64,000 bases of DNA, taken from the sequence record MW812339.1. One strand, given 5' to 3'. This document shows, in pieces, positions 53,343 to 62,713 of the stretch. The position numbers and the translations under genes were made by a program. The number at the start of each line of letters is the position of its first letter. Position 1 is the stretch's first letter. Below the pieces are notes generated by a model that ran no database searches, was not told the origin of the DNA, and was given only the letters and a program-made list of their open reading frames with translations.

Positions 53343-54107
53343 TTAGAATTTAACCATACGGGGATTACCATCTGCACCAATCTTGACGGTAGAGTTACTG
53401 GCTTCCTCGCGAACCCAGGCAGGCAGTTCTTCGCGGAAAGCCGGATTCAGGAACCAGACCTGTTCGTAGCGTCCATCGATCTTCTCGACCACACGTTCCC
53501 ATCCTTCAACATAAGTCAGCGAGAACCATTTGAAACGAGCCTGGCGGGCCCAGTAGTGATATTCAATGGCACGTCCAACATACGTCAGGACATTGATCAG
53601 AACCTGATAGAAGCTCGGTTTGCCGACGAACCGGGTGCATTCATAGCAAACCGTTTCTTCACCCGGAAAGAAATAATCCTCGAAATTTTTCTGCGTCGTT
53701 ATTGGTATCAGCACGGAGTCGTCATTGGCACACAAGAGCCAGTGATTGGTTGTGAATGGTTCTACGCCCGCAGGGAAACGTGCCCAGCGATAGTTTTCTA
53801 TCGGTACCCCAATATTCGGACGCAATCCCGCCACGACCGTTTCGATCTTTCCAGGGTTCACTGGTGTGTATACCAGACAATCGATTTTGACGTTCTCTTT
53901 CTCCCGCTCGGGTTCGGCAGGACGTGAACGACGACCTAATAACAGAATCCCATCGAGGTCAGTTTGCCCGATTTCGATGATGTCGAGTTCTGACGACGGA
54001 AGTTGTCGTTGAGCATCTTCCATGTCCGCAGCGCCCAACAAACCATATTCGTAGTCATCGAATTCCACCGTGTAGAACTCGTCAGAAAACGCGAACAGCT
54101 TTTGCAT
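53343..54107 (-). CDS. Hypothetical protein, about 254 aa
   Basis: GGAG SD before ATG 54107. Confidence 0.7.
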   Translation of the reverse strand: MQKLFAFSDEFYTVEFDDYEYGLLGAADMEDAQRQLPSSELDIIEIGQTDLDGILLLGRRSRPAEPEREKENVKIDCLVYTPVNPGKIETVVAGLRPNIGVPIENYRWARFPAGVEPFTTNHWLLCANDDSVLIPITTQKNFEDYFFPGEETVCYECTRFVGKPSFYQVLINVLTYVGRAIEYHYWARQARFKWFSLTYVEGWERVVEKIDGRYEQVWFLNPAFREELPAWVREEASNSTVKIGADGNPRMVKF

Positions 54108-54108
54108 G

Positions 54109-54360
54109 TCAGTTCTCCATCGCTTTAAATAAGACGTCGACGCCGTCCCGTAGCACAGCCAACTCGTCTTCCTTTTTCTGTAGCAGCATTGCAGGGGCGT
54201 TTTTCGCAAACTCTTTCAACGCCATCTGAACGACATGCGAATCTGTTTCCGCAGGAAACAATGCTTTCAGAGCTACCCACTCTTCTGCGGTAAACACATC
54301 ACCTTTTCTGACATTACGCTGTTGTGGCAGGCGTATCGTTTTAGTTAAACGTTCAGTCAT
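54109..54360 (-). CDS. Hypothetical protein, about 83 aa
   Basis: ATG coupled to stop of upstream gene. Confidence 0.6.
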   Translation of the reverse strand: MTERLTKTIRLPQQRNVRKGDVFTAEEWVALKALFPAETDSHVVQMALKEFAKNAPAMLLQKKEDELAVLRDGVDVLFKAMEN

Positions 54361-54911
54361 ACTTCCACCCAAATCAGTTTGAACTCGTTGCCGTCCTGGC
54401 CGATGGGATGAATAATCATCGCTTCTTTGTACTCTGGCTCATCTTCAAGAATGCGATGTTCCGCAGTCAGTTCAGAAAGTTGCATGTACAAATCGTCAGG
54501 CATGTCGCCGTTAAACGAAGACGTCAGGATGAACGGGATAGCTTCCGCTAACGACATCATCGTCTGTTTACTGATAACCAGCTCAGCGCTACGACGTCGG
54601 TCCATCCAACTACCCTGTTCGTGGATGTGTGGGTCGGTGTTGATGTACAGCATGTGGTCTGAGTTAGCACCAACGTTACGCGACATTGTACGGAAAGCAA
54701 TCAGTGTCCACCAATCCAGCTCACCGATAGGGAAGCGGATAGTTTTCAGGGTACCATCCGGTTGGGGAATGTTAAACTCCCCGAGATGTTGGTCGTTGAG
54801 CGATACAACAGAACCGCCACCTTCGAGTGGGATGAAAGGTGCTTCATCCACAAACTCGAGCACACGCTCTTCAGGAGCTTTAGGTTTGAACTGAACGACA
54901 TTGTCGGTCAT
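54357..54911 (-). CDS. Hypothetical protein, 184 aa
   Basis: GAGG SD, coupled. Confidence 0.7.
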   Translation of the reverse strand: MTDNVVQFKPKAPEERVLEFVDEAPFIPLEGGGSVVSLNDQHLGEFNIPQPDGTLKTIRFPIGELDWWTLIAFRTMSRNVGANSDHMLYINTDPHIHEQGSWMDRRRSAELVISKQTMMSLAEAIPFILTSSFNGDMPDDLYMQLSELTAEHRILEDEPEYKEAMIIHPIGQDGNEFKLIWVEV

Positions 54912-55072
54912 GGCTTCACCTCAATCGCGTTAAGTTTAGCTTCGTATTTCTTAGGGACAAGTAGAATGTTGTGCCCGTGATGCGTTCCGCGTCGGCACTT
55001 CACCCACATCCCGTTAATGACCACCCAACGATGAGTGGCCGTATCTTTTCTCTTGCCCCTAGGAAGACTCAT
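54908..55072 (-). CDS. Small basic protein, 54 aa (below ORF-track cutoff)
   Basis: [16 protein letters not shown]...; fills the gap with overlapping start/stop on both sides. Confidence 0.6.
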   Translation of the reverse strand: MSLPRGKRKDTATHRWVVINGMWVKCRRGTHHGHNILLVPKKYEAKLNAIEVKP

Positions 55073-56214
55073 ATTGCTACCGGTGCCTTAATTGGTGCGT
55101 CGCATTCGTAACCGACTACTTCGAAATCATCGAATTCATAATCGAAGATAGAGTCGGGTTTACGTTTGATGCGCAGCGTAGGAAGTTTGTGCGGAGTACG
55201 CGTAAGCTGCAGCTTCGCCTGCTCAACGTGATTGGAGTACAGATGGACATCACCGCCTGTCCAGACGAAATCGCCTACTGCCATGTTAGCCTGTTGTGCA
55301 AACATGTGCACCAACAACGCGTATGAAGCAATGTTGAACGGCACGCCCAGGAACATGTCAGCGCTGCGTTGATACAGCTGACAAGACAATACACGCTCTG
55401 GAGTGTTCGCCATGATGTAATTGAAACGTTCGCCTTCAAACGCGTTACGATCGAGATTTTGTTTTTCGAGATTTGACATGAACTCTCTAAACTTATCTTG
55501 GTCGAGATTATCGAAGAACCAAGATTCGCGTTCTTCGAAGTCCATTTCCCGCGTGTAAAACTGGAAGAATGCGTGACACGGCGCTAACGCCATTTTATCC
55601 AGTTCACCAACGTTCCAGGCACTAACAATTATGCGTCGATTGTCCGGGTCGTTCTTCAGCTGTTCCATAACGTTGGCGATTTGATCGTGATGTCGACCAT
55701 CCGGACCAACCCAGTCACGCCACTGCTTACCGTAGATAGGACCTAACTCACCATCGGCTTTGATGGTGATAATTCCTACCCTTGGAACCTGGTGCACATC
55801 CAGGATGGCCATGATTTCGGCATCAGTTTTCTCTTTTAGCCCGGCTTCCCAGTCCAGATAAAATTGAGAAACGCCAGTTTCGGTGGTGTTCATGTCACGG
55901 AAGATGGCCAGGCGATAATCGACGGGAAGCTCGCCTTCTTCTTCAGAGACTATTCTTTCCCCTGCCCACTCGTCCCAAATGGTGACGTTGTGTTCATGCA
56001 AATAGGCAACGTTGGTGTAGCCCTTCAGGAACCAGATCAGTTCGTGAACAATAGAACGTAAATGGCAACGCTTGGTGGTGACAATCGGGAAACCCTCTTG
56101 CAGGTTGAAACGCATCTGCGGGCCAAACAGCGAAAGGGTGCCTGTGCCGGTACGGTCGGCCTTTGGATGCCCTTGCTGCAGAACATTTTGGAGTAAATCA
56201 AGATACTGATACAT
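55069..56214 (-). CDS. thyA: Thymidylate synthase with two insertions, 381 aa
   Basis: [59 protein letters not shown]. Confidence 0.97.
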   Translation of the reverse strand: MYQYLDLLQNVLQQGHPKADRTGTGTLSLFGPQMRFNLQEGFPIVTTKRCHLRSIVHELIWFLKGYTNVAYLHEHNVTIWDEWAGERIVSEEEGELPVDYRLAIFRDMNTTETGVSQFYLDWEAGLKEKTDAEIMAILDVHQVPRVGIITIKADGELGPIYGKQWRDWVGPDGRHHDQIANVMEQLKNDPDNRRIIVSAWNVGELDKMALAPCHAFFQFYTREMDFEERESWFFDNLDQDKFREFMSNLEKQNLDRNAFEGERFNYIMANTPERVLSCQLYQRSADMFLGVPFNIASYALLVHMFAQQANMAVGDFVWTGGDVHLYSNHVEQAKLQLTRTPHKLPTLRIKRKPDSIFDYEFDDFEVVGYECDAPIKAPVAI

Positions 56215-56217
56215 TGG

Positions 56218-57096
56218 TTATAAATCCTTCTTCAATTCATTTATGATGAAGAGCAAATCTTCGTTCATCTTGGCCGCTATAGTACCGTCGCTATAACTGA
56301 CAGCGATTGCGGGGACGCGTTCAAATAACAGACCGTGCCATTTCGTGTCGTGGCGAATGTACTTTTCCATCGCCTGGTCAATCGCGTCATTGACTTTGCG
56401 ATTGATGTCGTCGAGTTTACTCTCATCGAACGGTGCATGTTTATAGCGTTCAAGTGACGACGCCAGACATTGACTCAATGCGGATTCGATGTAGAATCGT
56501 GTTGTTGCACCCGATGCGTAAATATCCCCGGCAAAGTCACCGATAGATCCATCACGCTTTACAGAATCAGGCGCAGGCATGAACATTCCAAATTCGTTCA
56601 TTTCGCCTTTCTTGGCAATCAGTGCCCGATGGCCGTTGTAGACTACGCGGTCGAACTCCAAACCACACGACCGGGCCAATCCATTCAGAGCCGTTAAGAA
56701 ACCGTTGAATGATTGCAGGAAAGAGTAGTAATCAATCGCTTCGGTTTCTTCCGTGTTGCTGAGCAAGTCCATCATGTTCAGCGCAACAGCGTGAAGCATT
56801 TGATGTTTGTTGGACGGTTTGGTTTTCAGTGCGATGTTGTGATCAAGCGCATGGGTGAGGTCAATCTCACGCCCTTTCAGACTGAACTGTATCAAACCGA
56901 AGTATGCCCAAATTAGACTACCGATGCCTGCCGCAACTTGCAGGTTGTCGCTCTTCTGCACTCCGTGGGAAACATCCCCGAAGCAACGGTAGATTTTGGA
57001 GCGCTGTAAACTGTAATCGCCGTGTTCGAAAACACGGGCGTCATGATACCAGCCGTTTACGGCATAAATTTGAACCTGGGCATTAGGCAGCTGCAT
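56218..57096 (-). CDS. Degenerate MazG-like paralog, 292 aa
   Basis: Aligns by eye to the 51762 MazG domain, with acidic metal ligands replaced. Confidence 0.5.
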   Translation of the reverse strand: MQLPNAQVQIYAVNGWYHDARVFEHGDYSLQRSKIYRCFGDVSHGVQKSDNLQVAAGIGSLIWAYFGLIQFSLKGREIDLTHALDHNIALKTKPSNKHQMLHAVALNMMDLLSNTEETEAIDYYSFLQSFNGFLTALNGLARSCGLEFDRVVYNGHRALIAKKGEMNEFGMFMPAPDSVKRDGSIGDFAGDIYASGATTRFYIESALSQCLASSLERYKHAPFDESKLDDINRKVNDAIDQAMEKYIRHDTKWHGLLFERVPAIAVSYSDGTIAAKMNEDLLFIINELKKDL

Positions 57097-57508
57097 GTTC
57101 GGCCTCGTAAGCGTAGCAGATAGAGAAGTTCAGTGGGTCATCCTGGCCAGCCGACACAACAAGCACCACTTGCTGATTAGCAATGCTAGAAGGCAAACTA
57201 CCCTGCTTGACTTCACGTCCAGCGGCTTCACTGACACGACCTAACAGTTTCCAGCTCCACACACGGCTGGTGAAGTGACTGTTCTGCAAAAAAGAAGATG
57301 CTACGGAATATGGGATATTGAACCCCGCGAACTCTGGGCCGGCCTGAGCCATTGCCCCGTTCAACGGAAGTTCGTTGGTTACCGATACGGAAACCTTCTT
57401 ACCGGAAAGACGTAGCACCATCGCTTCCCAGTTAGCGCTGTCTGTTCCTGGAATGAGAGTTTCGTTAACAATCAGACCAACACCTTTTTCGAATGCTAAA
57501 TTGTTCAT
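57083..57508 (-). CDS. Hypothetical protein, 141 aa
   Basis: ORF in operon. Confidence 0.7.
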   Translation of the reverse strand: MNNLAFEKGVGLIVNETLIPGTDSANWEAMVLRLSGKKVSVSVTNELPLNGAMAQAGPEFAGFNIPYSVASSFLQNSHFTSRVWSWKLLGRVSEAAGREVKQGSLPSSIANQQVVLVVSAGQDDPLNFSICYAYEAEHAAA

Positions 57509-57558
57509 TATAATTGTTCCATGCGGGTGGTTTACATACCTACACCCGCGTCTGTAAA

Positions 57559-57927
57559 TTATCGTAGGACAGTCAACTGGTAACGGATGTCAAGCGCATC
57601 CGGATGATGAATGTTCGGTAATAAGCTCTTCGACACTGGCGGGTTGTATTGCAACAATACCTCACCCAATCTACGCCCGTCATCACCTGAGACAATGGCC
57701 ATGTGTGTCTCCCCCGCTGGGAAGCCCATGAAACCCACACGCATGTTCTCTGCGTTAGTGAAACGTTGGGTCAGCCACATCTTCTGGTCAATAAACACCG
57801 CGAGCTTTTCTTTCCACTCTTCTATTTCTTCCGGCGTCAGTTTTAAGCTGTATATCCGCCGCCCATTCACTGCTACCCCCGACACAAACACAATGCCCCG
57901 GTGATTGAAAAAGAATCCGACTAACAT
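57559..57927 (-). CDS. Hypothetical protein, 122 aa
   Basis: AAGGAG SD. Confidence 0.7.
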   Translation of the reverse strand: MLVGFFFNHRGIVFVSGVAVNGRRIYSLKLTPEEIEEWKEKLAVFIDQKMWLTQRFTNAENMRVGFMGFPAGETHMAIVSGDDGRRLGEVLLQYNPPVSKSLLPNIHHPDALDIRYQLTVLR

Positions 57928-57953
57928 AAATGCTCCTTACGAAAAAATAAAAC

Positions 57954-57977
57954 TACCCACTCCCGGAGGAGTGGGTA
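57954..57977 (-). terminator. Rho-independent terminator
   Basis: TACCCACTCC/GGAGTGGGTA stem, U-run on minus strand. Confidence 0.8.
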
Positions 57978-57981
57978 CAGC

Positions 57982-58641
57982 TTAGATGCGGGTGTCGTTA
58001 TCCCAGTAGTTACGAATCACTTCCTGGTCGTCCGCGTTAGACGGATTGCCCGGAATAGCGTCTTCTACGGCAAACGGCAGCACATCTTTGATAGAGGTCA
58101 GCTCGAAACGTTCCACTTCCAGCTCAACTTTGACCCATTCACCAAATGAGGTAGAGTCGCGCAGTTCACCAACTACAGCTTCGAAGTCAGCTTGGGAGTC
58201 GATGACCGGGTGACCGGTCATCATGAAGAACATATCGATGTCCCAGTGCTTGGCACCCTGTTCTGCCAACTCACCCGGCTCCAGACTTAAACGACGTACC
58301 AGGTGTGCCAGATTACCGTCACCGTAGAATGTCAGACCGGTAGCAAAACCGATGTCTGAGTTCTCTTCGATACGACCATCGGACGCTTGACGTTTCAGGG
58401 TCAGTACCGCTTTCCCCTCACTGGTAAGGCGTACACGACGTTTACCGTTCGCTACCGGCATAATCACATCTAAGAACACACCACCTGCTTGTTCGAACAG
58501 CCAGTTCCAACCTTCTTCGGTTGGCTTGACCCACATGCAGTATTCGCGCTCTTTCTCCGTAGAGATTGACTCACGCGCAACAGTAATGACTTCTTTTTCC
58601 TGCTGCTCGTCGAGGTTCTTTAATACATCAAACAGTCCCAT
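57982..58641 (-). CDS. CYTH-like (triphosphate tunnel metalloenzyme) protein
   Basis: EKERE, RVRL, LTLK, EENS, WDIDMF, KVELEV in CYTH order. Confidence 0.7.
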   Translation of the reverse strand: MGLFDVLKNLDEQQEKEVITVARESISTEKEREYCMWVKPTEEGWNWLFEQAGGVFLDVIMPVANGKRRVRLTSEGKAVLTLKRQASDGRIEENSDIGFATGLTFYGDGNLAHLVRRLSLEPGELAEQGAKHWDIDMFFMMTGHPVIDSQADFEAVVGELRDSTSFGEWVKVELEVERFELTSIKDVLPFAVEDAIPGNPSNADDQEVIRNYWDNDTRI

Positions 58642-59476
58642 GATCGATTCCTAATTGGGCGAAGACAGACAGACGGTCAAATGTCGTCGCTTCTGGGTCA
58701 ATACATTCCGCAATCATGATTATCAGGTTGGGCAACCAATCCCAATGCGCCGGATACATACGTCTGCCCTGAGTCATGTAGTAGTGCTTAAGCGGTACGT
58801 TGGATTGAACAATCTCAGCGTAGATATTGCCTAAGCACACACCATCGATGGTCAGGACATACAGTTTATTCACCAGAGCAACGATGAAGCACTCTTCGGC
58901 CTCTGCTGTGAAGCTGCCAGGACGATACGAAGTTCCGCCGTAGACCTCAGATTTAATCTGACGCCCCAGACGAATACATTCCGAACCGTCCGTCGCACGC
59001 AGGTGTTCAATCGCCGGGAACTCTGCCGTTAAACGACGCATGGCGTTGAACTCTGTTACCCGATTGCGCGTCTCATCGTTACGTACTACCCAGTCCACCA
59101 AACGCAGGTAATGGTAATACCCCTCGAGCGTCAGGAACGGACCGTGGGGAGTGATGAAATACTCTCCGGTACGGGAATAAAAGTTGCTGCCCATCCGTCC
59201 AATCTCGGTACGGCCCGCTGAATAGATGTTGTAGTGATTCAGCCCATCGGTAGACGGGGTGATGTCGTTCAGAGCGTTATGGAAACCTTTGCGTCGCAAA
59301 TAGCGAACGTAGGCTTCTTTCTCTTCTGGCGTAAAGACGATGTGCAATACCGGAGCACACGTAGGTTGTCCGGGCTCAACAAAGCCTAAGGTTGCAGCGA
59401 TTGCACCCTCAGAACTGCCATCGTTGCGGACACGTTCTAACGCATCACGCAAAAACTTACCTTCATCTTTCGGCAT
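58628..59476 (-). CDS. NADAR / T4 gp30.3-like protein, about 282 aa
   Basis: HYNIYSAGRTEIGRMGSNF...PHGPFLTLEGYYHYL resembles the gp30.3/NADAR N-terminal SNF..F.S.E motifs. Confidence 0.6.
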   Translation of the reverse strand: MPKDEGKFLRDALERVRNDGSSEGAIAATLGFVEPGQPTCAPVLHIVFTPEEKEAYVRYLRRKGFHNALNDITPSTDGLNHYNIYSAGRTEIGRMGSNFYSRTGEYFITPHGPFLTLEGYYHYLRLVDWVVRNDETRNRVTEFNAMRRLTAEFPAIEHLRATDGSECIRLGRQIKSEVYGGTSYRPGSFTAEAEECFIVALVNKLYVLTIDGVCLGNIYAEIVQSNVPLKHYYMTQGRRMYPAHWDWLPNLIIMIAECIDPEATTFDRLSVFAQLGIDHGTV

Positions 59477-59486
59477 ACTCGATACC

Positions 59487-60743
59487 TTAAACGGGGAAAT
59501 AGGTTTGTACCAGCGAACTGGCTGATTGGTATTGAACGCTACCACCGGCAATAACGTAAGGACGCTTCTCAGTGGTGAGGAGTGCCTGAATTGCGTTACT
59601 ATTTGCGTAGGTGTAGAGTTTCAGCTCGACCATGCTCGGAATCGTTTTAGAGTGATCCCAGTTTGGGTCTAAGGCATTGAACAATGCCAGAAGACGCTGG
59701 CCGTAGCTGCGGTAACCAACCCCAGTTTCCACTTGCAGATTTTGCAGCAGGTTTTGAATCACGGTATCCGCCAACTCTGCACCCTGATAAGGTTGCAATT
59801 TAGGCAGATAATATTCGACAGAAGTCAGATTCCCTGCGGCAGCAGCCTGTACCATCAGCTCCCCGTACAACGCTTGTTGTGCGACTGGGTCAGTGACAGC
59901 CTGAATCATCGGGTCAACCTTGTCAGGTAAACCGTACTGGTTCAGTTTCGTGGAAATGCCGTAAATCAACGCAGAGGACGTGTTAATGTCCAGCGAAGAA
60001 AAACTGTCGCTGCCTTTAAAGCTGTCGATGATAGTGTCGATAGACAGATAGTCATCTAAGTCTTTAAAGCTGTCGAATGTGTGAGTAACGCCATCAATCA
60101 ACGAGGTGACTTCGTACTTAGCCGAGTTCACCATGTCCATGTAGCTGCCCACTTCCTGCGCAACCTCGTTCGGCAACTTCGCCAGTTGCCCAGCGATGTT
60201 CATCGTCGATTCCAGACGTGACTTCACCGATGCGTAGTCAGTGCCGATGGCAGATAACGCGCTGTCGCGAATATCCATCAGGCTAGACCAGCCTTTACTT
60301 AAGAGGCTTCCTGCACCACCCGGCGACAGATAGCTTAAAGCATTCTGCCCTGCCTGGTTGATTTTCTGAAACGGTTCAGAGACATCCCGCTTCTGCGGGT
60401 CAAGAACCGGTAATGCATTTTTGGTGTCGGAGGCGAATGTTGGAATACGTTGTGCAGGAGAAACACCGGAGGCTGAGGAGCCCGCGGTCTTAACACCACC
60501 TACAGAGGCAGTATCACTACCACCAAACAGGTTACCAATCTTTTCACCTAACCCACCACCACTGGCCAGTTTGTTAAACGTTTCACCGGCTTTAGACGCA
60601 AGACTACTGACCGTGTCTTGCGCTTGCTGAATCCCACGCTCTGCATCCGACACCGTGCTTTGTACACGGTTAGTCGCGGTGCTGACGCTGTTCTGCACAT
60701 TGCCAATTTGACTGGTGATCCCGTCAAGGTTGTTCAGTTTCAT
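59487..60743 (-). CDS. Putative virion protein, 418 aa, Ser/Gly/Ala-rich N-terminus
   Basis: GGAG SD; composition typical of phiKZ-family tail-associated proteins. Confidence 0.55.
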   Translation of the reverse strand: MKLNNLDGITSQIGNVQNSVSTATNRVQSTVSDAERGIQQAQDTVSSLASKAGETFNKLASGGGLGEKIGNLFGGSDTASVGGVKTAGSSASGVSPAQRIPTFASDTKNALPVLDPQKRDVSEPFQKINQAGQNALSYLSPGGAGSLLSKGWSSLMDIRDSALSAIGTDYASVKSRLESTMNIAGQLAKLPNEVAQEVGSYMDMVNSAKYEVTSLIDGVTHTFDSFKDLDDYLSIDTIIDSFKGSDSFSSLDINTSSALIYGISTKLNQYGLPDKVDPMIQAVTDPVAQQALYGELMVQAAAAGNLTSVEYYLPKLQPYQGAELADTVIQNLLQNLQVETGVGYRSYGQRLLALFNALDPNWDHSKTIPSMVELKLYTYANSNAIQALLTTEKRPYVIAGGSVQYQSASSLVQTYFPV

Positions 60744-61602
60744 TGGAACTCCAGAATTGATATTCCGCTAATGGCACTTCGACCATGGCCTCATAGCACA
60801 GGTCGCCGCGACACACTTTGAAGGTAATCTCGAACTTACGTACGTCCATTGCCTGGAGAATGATTAAGAACCATCGCCAAGTGATTGCTTCGGTGTGGCG
60901 TAACGCCTGTTTCATGTTGTTGCGACGGTCGCCGCGTTTAGAGGAGGTACCGGGACACAGCTTCGGGTTATTAACGTAGTTGGTTGACCAACGTTCCCAG
61001 TTGTCGGGTGTGATGCCATACCCAGCCACCAGGCGATAGATAATCCGGAGCAAAGGATGTTTCATTACGTGGGTGTACGTATACACCGGGTCAATCATGT
61101 AGACGTTAACGTCCTTTGACGCGGTGTTGTCGAAACGCTCCTTACGCTTACGTTTGTTTTCGTCACGCAGGTTCTTGATGAAGTCTGGGCGTACCCAAGT
61201 TCCATCCGTCACCTTACAAACGGAGTCGAAATTCCCGCGCTTGGTTTCGATGGTGATGATCAGTTGTTCCTGTTTCATCACCGCCAAGCCTTCAATAAAA
61301 CGCTTCCAGGTCAAGTCCGCAGGAAAGTCCTGAGAACTACCGCCAGTCAACGCTGTCATCAAACGGTTAGTTCGGTCGATAACGGTGGTGCGTTTACTGT
61401 CACGGAACTGCTTCAAGTACATCGGATCATTGACATGATCTTTCAGCATCTCACGCCACATTCCCGAAGAAATCTTCTGCGCGAGTATTAAATCCCAGAA
61501 AGCAGCTTGTAGCGGTCGACCCGCTGGGTTGATTGGTGGTCTCTCGCCATCCATGAGCATCTTAAAGTTGCTCAGACGACGAGACTTTTTCTCATCTTCC
61601 AT
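60724..61602 (-). CDS. Hypothetical protein with internal two-fold repeat, 292 aa
   Basis: Two copies of W....YVN.P...R...AL...TW..F...L..M. Confidence 0.7.
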   Translation of the reverse strand: MEDEKKSRRLSNFKMLMDGERPPINPAGRPLQAAFWDLILAQKISSGMWREMLKDHVNDPMYLKQFRDSKRTTVIDRTNRLMTALTGGSSQDFPADLTWKRFIEGLAVMKQEQLIITIETKRGNFDSVCKVTDGTWVRPDFIKNLRDENKRKRKERFDNTASKDVNVYMIDPVYTYTHVMKHPLLRIIYRLVAGYGITPDNWERWSTNYVNNPKLCPGTSSKRGDRRNNMKQALRHTEAITWRWFLIILQAMDVRKFEITFKVCRGDLCYEAMVEVPLAEYQFWSSNETEQP

Positions 61603-61633
61603 AGATCACCTTGTTACAAGGGAACGAAATGAG

Positions 61634-62167
61634 TTAGAGGTAGTGTTCCACTATAGTTTCTAACTCACGGAGGATATGCGCAGCTTGATTCGTCAAAACG
61701 TCTTGATCATTCGTCTGACGTTCAGTGAAGGCATTACGGTACGTGTCTAACAAAGCAAAAACATACAACATCTTGTCACGAGCAACCTCAGGGTCGGACG
61801 TACCAAAATATTGGTCGAGCCAACGTGGACTAATTCCCTCACCTTTCCGTTTAAGGTGGTCAGGGAACTCGAGCCACTGTTGATTAGGACGTGCGCTACT
61901 GGTAACGCGATTATACTCATCAATGAGAAACTTTAACCGCTCCACGAGCGTGTCGAAATTACGAACTTGTAATTCCATCTGACCACGCAGCGTAATAGGA
62001 CGATATTCTGTACCATTATATTCCAGAGGCTCTGTAATGAGTTCTAAGCCTGCCATAACACGTGTAAAGGTATTATGGGTATTCTTATGAAACTCAGCCT
62101 CTAAAGAGCGTCTGCGGCCTTTAACGGCACTGCGACGCAGGAGTGTTGAAAGCCATTTAAAAAGCAT
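61634..62167 (-). CDS. Hypothetical protein, about 177 aa
   Basis: AGGA SD before ATG 62167; promoter motif upstream; avoids overlap with 62243 gene. Confidence 0.7.
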   Translation of the reverse strand: MLFKWLSTLLRRSAVKGRRRSLEAEFHKNTHNTFTRVMAGLELITEPLEYNGTEYRPITLRGQMELQVRNFDTLVERLKFLIDEYNRVTSSARPNQQWLEFPDHLKRKGEGISPRWLDQYFGTSDPEVARDKMLYVFALLDTYRNAFTERQTNDQDVLTNQAAHILRELETIVEHYL

Positions 62168-62199
62168 AGGTGTTATCCTAAATGAGAGATTGTCTCGGA

Positions 62200-62216
62200 T
62201 AGATAATATCTGTCTG
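62200..62216 (-). promoter_or_regulatory. Putative early promoter motif (CAGACAGATATTATCTA)
   Basis: Matches the repeated motif; 33 nt upstream of ATG 62167. Confidence 0.65.
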
Positions 62217-62242
62217 AGTTCTTTTTGAGATGAGGTTATCCC

Positions 62243-62713
62243 ATGAGCGAAGAAGTGAAATACCAAGCGTTCGACGGAGATGTGGACAACGAAGATTCGC
62301 TTCTCCGCCAAACCCAACAGCTGCGTGTCAAGATAGTTACCGACATGACCAACGAAGCTGGATTCCACACAGACCTGAAAGCAATTGACCGTGTCGAGCG
62401 TTTAATTAACGGTATCGATAAACAGGTCATGACCAAGCGCAAGATTAAGGCGGCCGAGAAAGGTGCAGAGGCAACTTCCGATTTGGCAAACAGTCTGAAC
62501 GGCTTCTTAATGCAGCGCGGCGGCTTACACATCGGACGCCACGACGATACCCCAGAGGATTTAAATGGTGGGTACCAACCCGTCATCCCGGAAATAGTCG
62601 CAGCGCGACCTACCAAAGACGGCGAGTTGGCACCAGTAGGCGAAAAAGTAGACGTAGACTCCATCATGGCAGCTGCGTTTAAGAGTCGCCCTCAGGATGA
62701 CGACGAAGACTAA
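62243..62713 (+). CDS. Hypothetical conserved protein, 156 aa
   Basis: GAGG SD; acidic termini. Confidence 0.7.
   Translation: MSEEVKYQAFDGDVDNEDSLLRQTQQLRVKIVTDMTNEAGFHTDLKAIDRVERLINGIDKQVMTKRKIKAAEKGAEATSDLANSLNGFLMQRGGLHIGRHDDTPEDLNGGYQPVIPEIVAARPTKDGELAPVGEKVDVDSIMAAAFKSRPQDDDED

Noticed and set aside
55069-56214. Intein in thyA or a DNA-modifying hydroxymethylase
   Set aside because: No intein terminal motifs; Asn specificity residue indicates dUMP substrate
61634-62368. 244-aa version of this ORF
   Set aside because: Extension overlaps the opposite-strand gene 62243..62713 and the promoter motif; ATG 62167 has an SD
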